This document shows positions 53,275 to 63,807 of a DNA stretch of 64,000 nucleotides, piece after piece. The stretch lies in the IMG/VR virus record IMGVR_UViG_3300009079_000013; one strand, written 5' to 3'. Under the pieces are notes generated by a model, which was given only the letters and a program-made list of their open reading frames with translations, made no database searches and was not told where the DNA came from. This DNA is from a virus. Every line of letters starts with the position of its first letter. The first letter of the stretch is position 1. A program made the translations under genes and the position numbers.

Positions 53275-53739
53275 ATGGCAAACTCAGACAACAAATGTTC
53301 AGATTTAGAAGTAAAGGATACATATACTGATGCAAAAGATACATTCGGTATGATTTACAATAAACAAAAGGAACTACAGCAACGATTAGGATTAGATTAT
53401 ACGAACCTTTCTCTACAGGAAATAGCAGAGTCTTGGATGGTAAATAAGCATGCAATGAGCGATGAATTAAATGAAATGTTTGATGCATTAGGCGGTATAA
53501 ATGACGGTATAGGTTCATCTGCTTGGAAATACTGGAAAAAAGACCATTATAAATCAAGCGAAATGACTATTAAGGATTTATCAGATGAAGATAAATTAGA
53601 ATTATATTACGAATGGATAGATGGACTTCATTTTTATATGAATTTTGCAATAGCAATAGGTATGACAAGTAAAGACATTGTAAATTTATACATGGCTAAA
53701 AACGCAGAAAATCACGACCGTCAGGATAGAGGTTACTAA
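53275..53739 (+). CDS. All-alpha dCTP/dUTP pyrophosphatase, T4 gp56-like
   Basis: DELNEM, WKYWKK, EWIDGLHF, YMAKNAENHDRQDRGY; ATG 53275 preferred. Confidence 0.85.
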   Translation: MANSDNKCSDLEVKDTYTDAKDTFGMIYNKQKELQQRLGLDYTNLSLQEIAESWMVNKHAMSDELNEMFDALGGINDGIGSSAWKYWKKDHYKSSEMTIKDLSDEDKLELYYEWIDGLHFYMNFAIAIGMTSKDIVNLYMAKNAENHDRQDRGY

Positions 53740-53752
53740 AAAAATAAAAGAT

Positions 53753-54010
53753 ATGAAAATACTAGACGATAACGAACAAACAGGATCAACACCAGGTCCA
53801 ACTAATAATCCATCGATCAACGCTCACTTAAAGGATGCTGAATGGCTTGCTTGCGAAAAATGTGATTGTAAAACGTTTGTAGAAGCAATGCAAATTAAAA
53901 AAATATCAAAGTTTTTGACAGGTTCAGAAAGAGATAGTATTGCACCTATGCCAGTAATAGCCTGTGCTTCATGTGGACATGTAAATGCTGAAATGCAGCC
54001 TAACTTATAA
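53753..54010 (+). CDS. Small zinc-ribbon protein
   Basis: CEKC ... CASC. Confidence 0.7.
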   Translation: MKILDDNEQTGSTPGPTNNPSINAHLKDAEWLACEKCDCKTFVEAMQIKKISKFLTGSERDSIAPMPVIACASCGHVNAEMQPNL

Positions 54011-54019
54011 AAAATACAT

Positions 54020-55435
54020 ATGATAATAGGAAGCGAATATAATGAAAAAATACAATCTTTACTTATCTCATATATAAATGAGGCAGGTAAATGTTCTTTC
54101 ATGAAGAAAAAGTTACATAGATCAGAACTTTTTAACTGGACTATTTCTAAAAATCCTACCGTAGATAAAAATTGGGATGGAAGATTTATTAAAAGAACAC
54201 CTTCATCTGGAAAATGGTTAACTAAAGAACGAGTATTTGAATTAATTCAAACTAAATTTTCAAAAGAAGATTTAAATACTATATACGAGTCTGATTTCAC
54301 TGCAAGTAAAGCATACTTAGATATTGAAATAGAATTAATAAGTGATGATTTTCCAGAAGCAGATAAAGCAGCAATGCCAGTTAATCTTATAACTTTTTGT
54401 AATAGCAATAACGATTGTTACGTGTTAAGCACTATGAAAGATCAAAATACAGGAGATCCTTTATCAATAGACGAACAAAAAACTATCAATGAAGACGTTC
54501 ATACATATTTTAAAAATATAAAAAATACAAAGGAAGGTGATAGAAAAATACTGGATCAAACCTTTAATATAAATTATATACAATTTAGTACTGAGAAAGA
54601 AATGATGGAATGTTTTTTTCATAAAATACTTCCAAAAATACCTCTTATAACTGGTTGGAATGTCATAAATTTTGACTGGATATATTTAATGAATAGATGT
54701 AAAAATATAGGAGTTGATGCATTTTTAAACTTACCGAGTGAAAGAATAGTTTCAAGACATAATAAAGTTCCTATACATACTGCTGTTCTTGATTATATGG
54801 AAATGGTAATGCAAATGAAACCTTATAAAGTAATGGAAAATTACAAATTAGATTATTTTGCTAACCTTTCATTAGGTGTAACTAAACTTAAAAGCAATCA
54901 TAAGTCAATGCGAGAAGCTCAAAAACATGTAGCTGAATTTACTATGTATAACATAATAGACGTATTAATAGTTAAAATGCTAGATGATAAACATGAATTA
55001 CTAGATGTTGCTCTTAGTTTATCAAAAGTGGCAAGGGTTGAAATAAACAAAGTTTTTAACCCTGTTCATATAACGGAAACTTTAATATGCAGAGAATTTT
55101 TATCAAATGGAATGAGAATGGCAAAGGATGGAAAACCTGAGAATGCAAATAAGTCTGGTACTTACGCAGGCGCCTTTGTTATGCCTCCTATACCTGGACA
55201 TTATGATTATGTAGCTTGTTACGATTTTGCCTCAATGTATCCTAATGTTCAAATGCAATTTAATATATCACCGGATTCCTTTTTAGGAAAAGGAAGTATT
55301 AAAAAAACAGGAACAGAAATACCTACAAAAAATGACACATTGTTTTCAGGAGAAAAGGATTCTGTAACCCGTGTCATATTAAATAGGTTATATAATAAAA
55401 GAGTAGAGACAAAGAAAAAAATGAAAACTCTGTGA
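54020..55435 (+). CDS. gp43: Family-B DNA polymerase, N-terminal subunit (3'-5' exonuclease + motif A) of a split gp43
   Basis: ExoI LDIE, ExoII TGWNVINFDWIYL, ExoIII YNIIDV, YAGAFV, motif A DFASMYPN..NISPDS; TGA falls before motif B (KxxxNSxYG) and motif C (YGDTDS). Confidence 0.88.
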   Translation: MIIGSEYNEKIQSLLISYINEAGKCSFMKKKLHRSELFNWTISKNPTVDKNWDGRFIKRTPSSGKWLTKERVFELIQTKFSKEDLNTIYESDFTASKAYLDIEIELISDDFPEADKAAMPVNLITFCNSNNDCYVLSTMKDQNTGDPLSIDEQKTINEDVHTYFKNIKNTKEGDRKILDQTFNINYIQFSTEKEMMECFFHKILPKIPLITGWNVINFDWIYLMNRCKNIGVDAFLNLPSERIVSRHNKVPIHTAVLDYMEMVMQMKPYKVMENYKLDYFANLSLGVTKLKSNHKSMREAQKHVAEFTMYNIIDVLIVKMLDDKHELLDVALSLSKVARVEINKVFNPVHITETLICREFLSNGMRMAKDGKPENANKSGTYAGAFVMPPIPGHYDYVACYDFASMYPNVQMQFNISPDSFLGKGSIKKTGTEIPTKNDTLFSGEKDSVTRVILNRLYNKRVETKKKMKTL

Positions 55436-55535
55436 TAACATATACATATAATATAGACATTAATAATTATTTTACCTATTATAACGTAAGTTGTTCTTAT
55501 GTAAATATTATACCTAAATATGAAATCAGGGAGAT

Positions 55536-56297
55536 ATGATAGGATTTCTAAAAAAAATATTCAATAAAAAAAATAAGAATAGTATGAATACTGAAAGATT
55601 AATAAGCTTAAAAGAAAACTTTACAGGTCAGCAGTTTCAATGGATAAAAACTCCAGATAGAAACTTACTTGGTAAAATAGTCAAATGTAGAGATATAGAA
55701 CCGAAGGGAAGAGGTTTTGTAGCAACTTTTAATGATGGATCTAGTATAAACACTGAATTATTAAATAGAAATTTAATGATGATCACCGAAGGAATGCAAC
55801 CTCTATCTAAATCAGAAGTACAAGCTATAGCAGGTCCCCCTGTTCCCACTAGCGTACCTAATTCCAATGAAACATTAAAAGCAGGTCCAACTGGAAGCGG
55901 GCCTATTCAAATGCCAGATAACTTGAAACAATTTCAAACGCCTCCTTCTCAAAAAATAACTGAACCTGCTAAAGACAAGGTAGGAGAAAACCCATATACA
56001 AAACAAACCCCTGTTCATGCAACAAATATGTTTAGCATGTTTAACGCAGACGAAACTACCTTAAATATTTCAGTTAGCTTAAAGTTACCTAATAAGAAAC
56101 TTCTTAAGATGATGTATGAAAACGCAGATAATAAAGAAGTATTCTTATCTGATCTATCTCAATACGTTTATTCAAAGATAAATAATAACATAGTTAAAGA
56201 ATCTCTTAAAAACAATTTAGTCCCACTTAAAAAAAAGACTAAAACTAACAAGACAACCGAAGTAACTATAACTGAAATAACAGATAATCATGAATAA
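55536..56297 (+). CDS. Hypothetical protein
   Basis: 253 aa, Pro/Thr-rich linker between two domains; no polymerase motifs. Confidence 0.7.
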   Translation: MIGFLKKIFNKKNKNSMNTERLISLKENFTGQQFQWIKTPDRNLLGKIVKCRDIEPKGRGFVATFNDGSSINTELLNRNLMMITEGMQPLSKSEVQAIAGPPVPTSVPNSNETLKAGPTGSGPIQMPDNLKQFQTPPSQKITEPAKDKVGENPYTKQTPVHATNMFSMFNADETTLNISVSLKLPNKKLLKMMYENADNKEVFLSDLSQYVYSKINNNIVKESLKNNLVPLKKKTKTNKTTEVTITEITDNHE

Positions 56298-56853
56298 AGA
56301 AGAAAATATCAAACAATTATTATATTCAAATGATGACAATCTAGAAGTAAATTGGATATCTCAAGGAAAATCTGGATTTCAAAGAACTAGCGACTCCAAA
56401 GAAGCTATTTCTATTTTATTATTTGACTTGACAGATGGAATGAAAATTAACAACATATATTTGTTAAATCAAGCGGACTATTTAAATGGAAAAGAATGTT
56501 CTTCATGCTTAATAGAAGACATTAACTATAAAATAGAAGACAATGAATACGATACTTTTTTGAGATGCATTCATAAAGATTTAAACATAAAAAAACCTAA
56601 TGTAGATCATTGTTATTATTTAGGTAAGGTTAATCACAACATACCTTTTAAAAAGACATATAATGCATATGCTCTTTGTTTAAACGATTATATAAAATCT
56701 CCAAAGGGATTCAAATTAGATATCCCAGAAGGTGATATCAATGGAAATCATTATTCCTTGAAAAAAATGAAATTTTCAAGAGTAATAAAAGGCGAATGCG
56801 AAGACTCACTAGTCTTATCTAGTTGTATGCTTCTTCTTTCGTATTTATCTTAA
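56290..56853 (+). CDS. Hypothetical protein, possible degenerate Nudix fold
   Basis: AISILLFD and TFLRCIHKDLNI..YLG loosely follow the Nudix layout without catalytic glutamates. Confidence 0.5.
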   Translation: MNKEENIKQLLYSNDDNLEVNWISQGKSGFQRTSDSKEAISILLFDLTDGMKINNIYLLNQADYLNGKECSSCLIEDINYKIEDNEYDTFLRCIHKDLNIKKPNVDHCYYLGKVNHNIPFKKTYNAYALCLNDYIKSPKGFKLDIPEGDINGNHYSLKKMKFSRVIKGECEDSLVLSSCMLLLSYLS

Positions 56854-56942
56854 TACACCTTATATATGATATAATAATTCATAAGGAATTAAATAATGAG
56901 CGCGTTTATTTTAAATTTTAGTAAATAAGAATAAATGTATGA

Positions 56943-56969
56943 AAACCCACGCATCTTTTTTAGTACAAA
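56943..56969 (+). promoter_or_regulatory. Early/middle promoter motif
   Basis: AAACC-N15-GTACAAA before uvsX. Confidence 0.6.
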
Positions 56970-56987
56970 AATAAAAATATAACAAAC

Positions 56988-58196
56988 ATGAGTAGAAGTA
57001 CAGCAGATACATTAGCAGCTTTTAGTAAATTTAACGACAAGTTAGCAAAAGAAACAAAAGGAAGAGTAAAATTAAGAGGATTTTCTGATATAGATGAATT
57101 TATTCATACTGGAAATTATTTACTTAACGCTCAAATGTCAGGTAGCCTAAGAGGCGGATATCCAAATGCTAGAAGTTTAGGCGTATCTGGAGATTCTGGA
57201 ACAGGTAAAACCTTCTTAGCGATGAACGCAGTTCATAACGCACAAAAACAGGGATACGTTGCTTTTTATATAGATTCAGAGGGAGCTTTAGATTCAAAAG
57301 ACTTTGAAAACTTTGGAATAGATATGAGTCTTTTAAATTATAAAAGAATGGCAAAAATATCAGAAGTAAAGTTTTACATAAATGATATTATAAAAACAGC
57401 TGAGGCAAATCCAGGTTTAAAAATGATATTGGTTGTAGATTCTTTAACTCACTTGAACACAGATAAAGAAGTAAACGATATTAGTAAAGGAAGCAACGCT
57501 CAAGATATGGGACTAAGAGCAAAAGAGTTAAGAGCTCTTTTCAAATCATTTACACTAGACTTATCTAATTTAAAAATACCTTTAATTTTTACCGCCCATA
57601 ACTATGCAGGACAGGATCAATATGCTGGAAAAACAATGTCAGGCGGAGGTGGTCCTTTGTATGCCGCTTCAGTAGTAATGATGTTGGCTAAAGGACATCT
57701 TAAAGATGATGAAGAAGATGAAAAAAAGAAAACTGGAGTAATAGTTAGATGTAATACCGATAAGAATCGTTTAGCTAAACCTGAAAGAATAGAATTCCAT
57801 ATAGGTTTTCACAAAGGAATGAATCCATATGTTGGATTACAGGATTACATTAGCTGGGATGCATGTGGAGTAGGTAGAGGAAGTGTTATATCCGAAAAAG
57901 AATTTAGTAAGCTTTCAGAATCAGATCAAGCACAGTGTAGACCTTTTAAAGAAGGAGATAAAGATGTATATTTTCAACCTAAAAAATCAGCACGAAACTA
58001 TATAAACAAATGGACAGGCGATAGGATACCTTGGAGGGAAATATTTACAGAAAAGGTATTTACCGATAAAGTAATAGATGAACTTGATGAAAACGTAATA
58101 AAGCCAAAGTTTAAATATAGTTCTATCTCAGAAGTTTTAAAAGATGAATTAGAGGAATTAGAAGACTCTTTTGAAATAGAAGCTAGCGATGATTGA
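56988..58196 (+). CDS. uvsX: RecA-like recombinase UvsX
   Basis: TGNYLLNAQMSGS, Walker A GDSGTGKT, YIDSE, VVDSL, DMGLRAK, MSGGGG. Confidence 0.93.
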   Translation: MSRSTADTLAAFSKFNDKLAKETKGRVKLRGFSDIDEFIHTGNYLLNAQMSGSLRGGYPNARSLGVSGDSGTGKTFLAMNAVHNAQKQGYVAFYIDSEGALDSKDFENFGIDMSLLNYKRMAKISEVKFYINDIIKTAEANPGLKMILVVDSLTHLNTDKEVNDISKGSNAQDMGLRAKELRALFKSFTLDLSNLKIPLIFTAHNYAGQDQYAGKTMSGGGGPLYAASVVMMLAKGHLKDDEEDEKKKTGVIVRCNTDKNRLAKPERIEFHIGFHKGMNPYVGLQDYISWDACGVGRGSVISEKEFSKLSESDQAQCRPFKEGDKDVYFQPKKSARNYINKWTGDRIPWREIFTEKVFTDKVIDELDENVIKPKFKYSSISEVLKDELEELEDSFEIEASDD

Positions 58197-58533
58197 ACTC
58201 AAAAAAAATCTTGAATTAAAGTATTATTTAAATATGCACTTAAATAGTGCTTTACTTGAAAAGGAATCTATATTGTTTGAGATAATAAATTACATATTAG
58301 AAAACAATACTAAAGACAAAGAAGTAACTTACAAAAATTGTAAATTTTCAACTAAGACTTTAAAATATATTTTTGGCGAAAGATTTGTAACTGATGAATC
58401 AAAAGATAGTATAATATACATGATAAAGGGATTGGTTGAAGATGGATACATAGACGTAAACTCTAAAACCTTCCATATATCTAAAAAAGGAATAGGTAAA
58501 TTCTATAACATAACTGAAAAATATAAAGCATGA
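58189..58533 (+). CDS. Hypothetical protein, possible winged helix
   Basis: IKGLVEDGYI..ISKKG; overlaps both neighbours in operon fashion. Confidence 0.6.
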   Translation: MIELKKNLELKYYLNMHLNSALLEKESILFEIINYILENNTKDKEVTYKNCKFSTKTLKYIFGERFVTDESKDSIIYMIKGLVEDGYIDVNSKTFHISKKGIGKFYNITEKYKA

Positions 58534-60035
58534 TAGACTTCATAGAAAACATTGAGCTTCTTGAAAAAATGGTTTGGAACTTTGTTTTAAACCCAAATGC
58601 AGATGAAGATTTATTAAAACCTTCTAATTCCGAAGAATATCTAGATAAAAAAGATTTAATAAGTAAAATCAAAGCTAAATATTTTTCAAATGAAGATTTA
58701 CAAGTTACTTGGAAGTATGCTACTCTATATTATAAAGACCATAAAAAAATACCTACTAAAAAAGAATTAAAAGTATTTCTAGGCCTTAAGAATGAAGAAA
58801 TAGATCAATTAGTTTTAGACGAGATTTATAACTATAACTTGTCTGATCATAATTATAGTTTTTTATATAAGTATGTAAAAGCTTTTGTTTTGTTAAGAGG
58901 ATTTAACATATTATTAATAGATATGTTAACTACTTTGAAAACTACTAACGTTAATCCTGAAAACATAGAACAGGTTATTGAAAGCGTTAGAAATAAAATG
59001 AACGATAAGTTATCTATTAATTTTGAAAATGGCAAGTCAGGGCTTAACTTTTTAAATCCAATGCACCACATTCAAATATCTAAAGAAGGTTGTCCATCAG
59101 GTTTTAAATTCTTTGATAAGACACAGGGAGGAGGTTGGAATGCAAAATCATTAGTTGTTTTTCAAGGTAGACCAAAAGTAGGAAAATCAATAGTTCTTGG
59201 AAATATAGCAACACGTTCTTTTCTAGCTGGAAATAACACAGGGGTAGTCACCGTTGAATTATCTGAAGGTAAATACATGAAAAGATTAGGTTCAAACATA
59301 TTGGGTATTGAAACTATCAAATATGATGCCTTTACTAATGAAAAGGCAATGGCTATGGTTCAAGGAAAATTAAAAGAACTTAAAGATTCTGGAAAACAAT
59401 ACGGAGAACTTTTAATAAAAGAATTTGCAACAGGTGGCGCAACCGCTATTGATGTAGAAAATTACTTTATTAGACAGGAAAAAGAAATGAATAAAAAGTT
59501 TACCGTAATCGTTGTTGATTATATAAACTTAATGAGACCTATTACTGAACAGGGAGGTTTGTATGAAAAGATAAAAGTAATATCCGAAGAATTAAGAGGA
59601 GTTGCTATGAGAAATAAATGGTGTATAATAACAGCTACTCAAATTAAAAGAGATGCTATCGATGACTTTGATTTAGGAATGGATTCAGTAGCTGAATCTT
59701 TTGGGTTAATACATACAGTAGATGCATTATACGGGTTAATGCGAGGTCCTCTTGAATCAAGAATGAAAATAAAACTTATAGCAAATCGTGATAATGGATA
59801 CGAAGAAAGTTATAAATTTTATGATATGAAAAAAGACTATATGAGATTAGATGAATCGTTTGGAGAAAATAGCGAATATTACAGCGATGATGACTCAACT
59901 AACAACATGGAAACTGAATTAAGAGATTCTTATAAAAATATTAACTCTGTTAAATCTGATGATATTGATTCTAATAACCAAGAGCACACGTCTACTAAGT
60001 TAGATGACTACACTGACTTGCTTAGTCAGATATAA
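58530..60035 (+). CDS. gp41: Replicative DnaB-like helicase, T4 gp41
   Basis: GRPKVGKS, VELSE, IKEF, VVDYINLM, SEELRG, TATQ, AESFGL. Confidence 0.93.
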   Translation: MIDFIENIELLEKMVWNFVLNPNADEDLLKPSNSEEYLDKKDLISKIKAKYFSNEDLQVTWKYATLYYKDHKKIPTKKELKVFLGLKNEEIDQLVLDEIYNYNLSDHNYSFLYKYVKAFVLLRGFNILLIDMLTTLKTTNVNPENIEQVIESVRNKMNDKLSINFENGKSGLNFLNPMHHIQISKEGCPSGFKFFDKTQGGGWNAKSLVVFQGRPKVGKSIVLGNIATRSFLAGNNTGVVTVELSEGKYMKRLGSNILGIETIKYDAFTNEKAMAMVQGKLKELKDSGKQYGELLIKEFATGGATAIDVENYFIRQEKEMNKKFTVIVVDYINLMRPITEQGGLYEKIKVISEELRGVAMRNKWCIITATQIKRDAIDDFDLGMDSVAESFGLIHTVDALYGLMRGPLESRMKIKLIANRDNGYEESYKFYDMKKDYMRLDESFGENSEYYSDDDSTNNMETELRDSYKNINSVKSDDIDSNNQEHTSTKLDDYTDLLSQI

Positions 60036-60054
60036 AAAAGTATTGAATAATAAT

Positions 60055-60597
60055 ATGAAAAAAAAAGAAGTTGATTCTAAAGCTAAAAAAATAGCAGCCG
60101 CAGAAAAAAGAGAAGATAAAATATTTAATAATAGATATAATCAAGGAGAAGGTTTAAAAGACCCAAATGACTACGAATACAATAGAAATATACAGGTCGA
60201 AGCTAATTACTCTAAAAGTTATCTAAATGATTTGTATGATTATGAAAACAATGTCGAATATAAAATTTTTTTAGATCACATATTTAAAATAATAAAAGAA
60301 AACATTGAATTATCTAAAATGGTACAAGAAAAAGAAGGTACCAGAAATAAGTTCAACAAAGATGAAGTTAATTTTATTTTTGAAAAAGTTAGCCGTGTAT
60401 TAGAAACACAGAAAGAATACGAAACTTTTTCAAATCCTATATACATATTAGAAGCTATTTCTAATGTAACTGCAATGGACTATAAAAAAATATTTGATTT
60501 TTTAGAATACACTCATAAGGAACTTCTTTTATCTGAGCTTAATAAAAAATACAAATTCCTAGATTGGAAGATGAATAAGAATAACAAAATGTTTTAA
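60055..60597 (+). CDS. Hypothetical protein
   Basis: ATG 60055 preferred; abuts gp47 start. Confidence 0.7.
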   Translation: MKKKEVDSKAKKIAAAEKREDKIFNNRYNQGEGLKDPNDYEYNRNIQVEANYSKSYLNDLYDYENNVEYKIFLDHIFKIIKENIELSKMVQEKEGTRNKFNKDEVNFIFEKVSRVLETQKEYETFSNPIYILEAISNVTAMDYKKIFDFLEYTHKELLLSELNKKYKFLDWKMNKNNKMF

Positions 60598-61737
60598 ATG
60601 ATATCACTGGAAAAAATAAACAAAATATTCCTTTTAGGAGACCTTCACTTAGGCATACGTAACAATTCTGTAGAATGGGCTAATTCTCAAAAGTCTTATT
60701 TAATCGAGCATTTTTTAAATGACATAACTAAACATAATTTTAACGAAGATACCGATATTCTAATACAAGAAGGTGATTGGTTTCATAACCGTGAGCATAC
60801 TAATAATAGAATATGGAGCGATTCTTTAGAAATATTAAGCGCTTTATCTAAAAAATTTAAACGTGGTGTTTATATTATTTTAGGAAATCATGATGTTTAT
60901 TATAAAGATAATAATAGTATTCATTCTTTAAAGGGCATAGAAAAAATATTTCCTAATATACATGTATTTGAAAAATCTGAAATTCTAAGCCTTAATTCTA
61001 TTCATAAATTTTTAATGCTTCCTTGGATAGAAGACGAAGTTAAAATAACTAAGGAAGTAAAATCTTACGTAGGAAAGGTTGATTATATAATATGCCATGC
61101 AGACATTAAAAACTTTAAATTAAATAAATGGGTAAAGTTACACTCTGGATTAGACACAAAACTATTAAGTAATTTTTCTAGAGTATTCTCAGGTCATATT
61201 CATATACATCAGGAAGACGGAAACGTATTATACACTGGAACACCTTTTGAATTAGATAGAGGTGATAGGGGTAACTCAAAAGGCTATCATGTAATAGATT
61301 TAATTAATGAAAATGGAAAAAGTAAAATATTAGAAACATTTGAAGAAAACAACTTTTCACCAAGATTTATTAAAGTAGACGCATTTGATTTATTAGATAT
61401 GAAATTAAATGATATCAAAAGCATGTTTGATAACAATTACGTTGATATAATGATGCGCATAGATAAAGCTTCTTCTTTTCCTGTTACTAAATTTATGGAC
61501 TTAGTAGAAGGTTTTAATTATAAAAAAATAGAAATAGCTACATACAATCCTACTATAAAAGAAAACATAAAAGAAGAAGAGAAAAGCATAGAAGAAATAA
61601 AAGATTATGATATACATGATATTTTTATAAAGTCTCTATCTGAGCGAGAATACCCTGAATCATATAACAACACTATGAAAATGTATTTTCAAAAATTAAG
61701 TGATAGGGTAAAAAATAAAGAAAAAAACTATGAGTAA
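60598..61737 (+). CDS. gp47: Mre11/SbcD-like nuclease, T4 gp47
   Basis: GDLHLG, GDWF, GNHD, SGHIH, YTGTP. Confidence 0.92.
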   Translation: MISLEKINKIFLLGDLHLGIRNNSVEWANSQKSYLIEHFLNDITKHNFNEDTDILIQEGDWFHNREHTNNRIWSDSLEILSALSKKFKRGVYIILGNHDVYYKDNNSIHSLKGIEKIFPNIHVFEKSEILSLNSIHKFLMLPWIEDEVKITKEVKSYVGKVDYIICHADIKNFKLNKWVKLHSGLDTKLLSNFSRVFSGHIHIHQEDGNVLYTGTPFELDRGDRGNSKGYHVIDLINENGKSKILETFEENNFSPRFIKVDAFDLLDMKLNDIKSMFDNNYVDIMMRIDKASSFPVTKFMDLVEGFNYKKIEIATYNPTIKENIKEEEKSIEEIKDYDIHDIFIKSLSEREYPESYNNTMKMYFQKLSDRVKNKEKNYE

Positions 61738-62092
61738 CCTATACAACTATAGAGCAAAGTTAGATAGAGTAGTAGATGGCGATACTATAGATGCTTTAGT
61801 GGATTTAGGATTCGATACTTGGAAAAAAGTTAGAATTAGAATGATGGGAATGAATGCTCCAGAATCTAGAACAAGAGATAAAGAAGAAAAGAAGAAAGGT
61901 TTAGCTGCTAAAAAGTATTTGCAAACTCTTTTAGAATCTTACGATTTTGTTTTTATTTTGAAATCACATGGAGTTGGAAAATTTGGAAGGTGTTTAGGTG
62001 AAATATTATTTGAAGATTCTGACATAAGCGCAAATCAAATAATGATAAACGAAGGACACGCAGTAGAATATCATGGAGGTAAACGAAAATAA
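61730..62092 (+). CDS. Thermonuclease (SNase) family protein
   Basis: RVVDGDTID, IRMMGMNAPES, GKFGRCLG, GHAVEYHGG. Confidence 0.9.
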   Translation: MSNLYNYRAKLDRVVDGDTIDALVDLGFDTWKKVRIRMMGMNAPESRTRDKEEKKKGLAAKKYLQTLLESYDFVFILKSHGVGKFGRCLGEILFEDSDISANQIMINEGHAVEYHGGKRK

Positions 62093-62095
62093 TAT

Positions 62096-63772
62096 ATGAA
62101 ATTATTAAAAATAGCTTGGAGAAACATATGTTCATATGGAAATAAATTGCAAGAATTTACATTTTCAAATGATCCAGAACTAATATTAGTAGAAGGTAAA
62201 AATGGAAGCGGTAAATCTTCAATAAAAGAAGCCTTGACTATTTCATTATATGGAAAATCAGCAGTTAGGAAAACAAAAGACATACCTAATAGGGTTAATA
62301 AAAACGCCTATACGTGTATAGATTTCTTGTCTCCTTCTGGAAACAATATACGTTTAGAGAGAGGTATTGATCCTAATTATACGAATCTGACTATAGATGG
62401 CTCTTCTCATAACCTACCTGATAAACGTAAAGTAGATTCCTTCGTAGAAGATGAACTTTTAGATTTTCCATTTTCTGTTTTTTCAAATACAATAAGCTTA
62501 TCGTTTGAAGATTTTAAGTCCTTTATAAAATTAACACCAACGGATAAAAGAAAAATAATAGATAGAATATTCGGTACAGACATTTTAACTGAAATGTCTA
62601 ATCAAGTAAAAGAAGACTCTAAAGAAAGCAAATCTAACATTGCATTTATTGAGTCTGATATTGAAAGCAATAAGGAAACGTTAAATAAATCAAAGGAACA
62701 ATTAGATATATTAAAAAATAGTATAACTAAAGAGAACACTGAGGAAATATCTACAAAGCTAAATGAAATAAGCTTAAAGAGCGTTGAAGTAAGTACTAAT
62801 AAAAAAATACTAATTTCATTAAATAAAGATATTGAATCTTTGAAAAAAGAATCATCCGAAATTGTATCTATATACGCTAAGAACAGTGCTGCTTTAAGTG
62901 AAATAGCTAAAAAATTGGAAATATATGAATTAAGTAAATGTCCGCATTGTTTAAGTGATTTAACAGATAATGGTCATCATGAAATTAAAAAAGCAATATT
63001 AGAAAAACAAGATATTTTTAAAAAAAGAGTACCTATTTTAGAAAAAAAGATAAGCGAGGCCTCTGAAATTTTAAAACAACATCAACAGAATTCAGATTCG
63101 CACAAATCAAAAGTATCAAAGCTCAATTTAGACATAATAAACCTACAGGAAGCAATAGAAAACTTAAAGTCTAAGGACAACACTAAGCAAACGTCTGCTT
63201 TATCTAATATCATATCAAATATAGAGGAAAAGGTTACTAAGTCTAATGAAAAATTAAGCAAAACTATTAAAAAACAAGAAATTTTTACAGATATGTTAGG
63301 TTTCTTGTCTGATTCAGGTATAAAACAAAGCCTAATGGATAAAATAATGCCTGTTCTTAATTCAAAAATATTAGGAATTAGTAAAAAGTTAGACTTTAAA
63401 TTTAGTTTTGAATTTGATAGCCAATTTAATCCAATTATTTCACATTTAGGCGAAGAAATAGCTCCCGATAGTTTATCAACTGGCGAACAAAAGAAAATGA
63501 ATCTCATAGTACTTTTGGCTATGTTAGAATTAATAAAAATGAAGAATCATCAAATAAATGTATTATTTTTAGATGAAATTTTTAGTTCTTTAGATAAAGA
63601 TAGCATATATAAAACAATAGAGATACTAAAAGATTTTTCAAAGGAACATGGTCTTACTGTTTTTGTTATTTCACACGACCCTCTACCTGAGGAGTTATTC
63701 AGTAAAAAAATAAGCATAGAAAAAACTAACTTTTTCTCTGAAATGACTATTACATCAGCCACAGAAGGTTAA
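62096..63772 (+). CDS. gp46: Rad50/SbcC-like ATPase, T4 gp46
   Basis: GKNGSGKS, CPHC zinc hook, LSTGE, LFLDE, ISH. Confidence 0.93.
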   Translation: MKLLKIAWRNICSYGNKLQEFTFSNDPELILVEGKNGSGKSSIKEALTISLYGKSAVRKTKDIPNRVNKNAYTCIDFLSPSGNNIRLERGIDPNYTNLTIDGSSHNLPDKRKVDSFVEDELLDFPFSVFSNTISLSFEDFKSFIKLTPTDKRKIIDRIFGTDILTEMSNQVKEDSKESKSNIAFIESDIESNKETLNKSKEQLDILKNSITKENTEEISTKLNEISLKSVEVSTNKKILISLNKDIESLKKESSEIVSIYAKNSAALSEIAKKLEIYELSKCPHCLSDLTDNGHHEIKKAILEKQDIFKKRVPILEKKISEASEILKQHQQNSDSHKSKVSKLNLDIINLQEAIENLKSKDNTKQTSALSNIISNIEEKVTKSNEKLSKTIKKQEIFTDMLGFLSDSGIKQSLMDKIMPVLNSKILGISKKLDFKFSFEFDSQFNPIISHLGEEIAPDSLSTGEQKKMNLIVLLAMLELIKMKNHQINVLFLDEIFSSLDKDSIYKTIEILKDFSKEHGLTVFVISHDPLPEELFSKKISIEKTNFFSEMTITSATEG

Positions 63773-63775
63773 TTA

Positions 63776-63802
63776 AAACCTATAACTTATTTATTGTATA
63801 AT
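63776..63802 (+). promoter_or_regulatory. Early/middle promoter motif
   Basis: AAACC-N15-GTATAAT 5 nt before ATG 63808. Confidence 0.65.
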
Positions 63803-63807
63803 ATTTT

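Noticed and set aside
55436-56853. Frameshift or read-through completing the polymerase in the following ORFs
   Set aside because: Tandem stops follow the gene and neither downstream ORF has polymerase motifs B or C.
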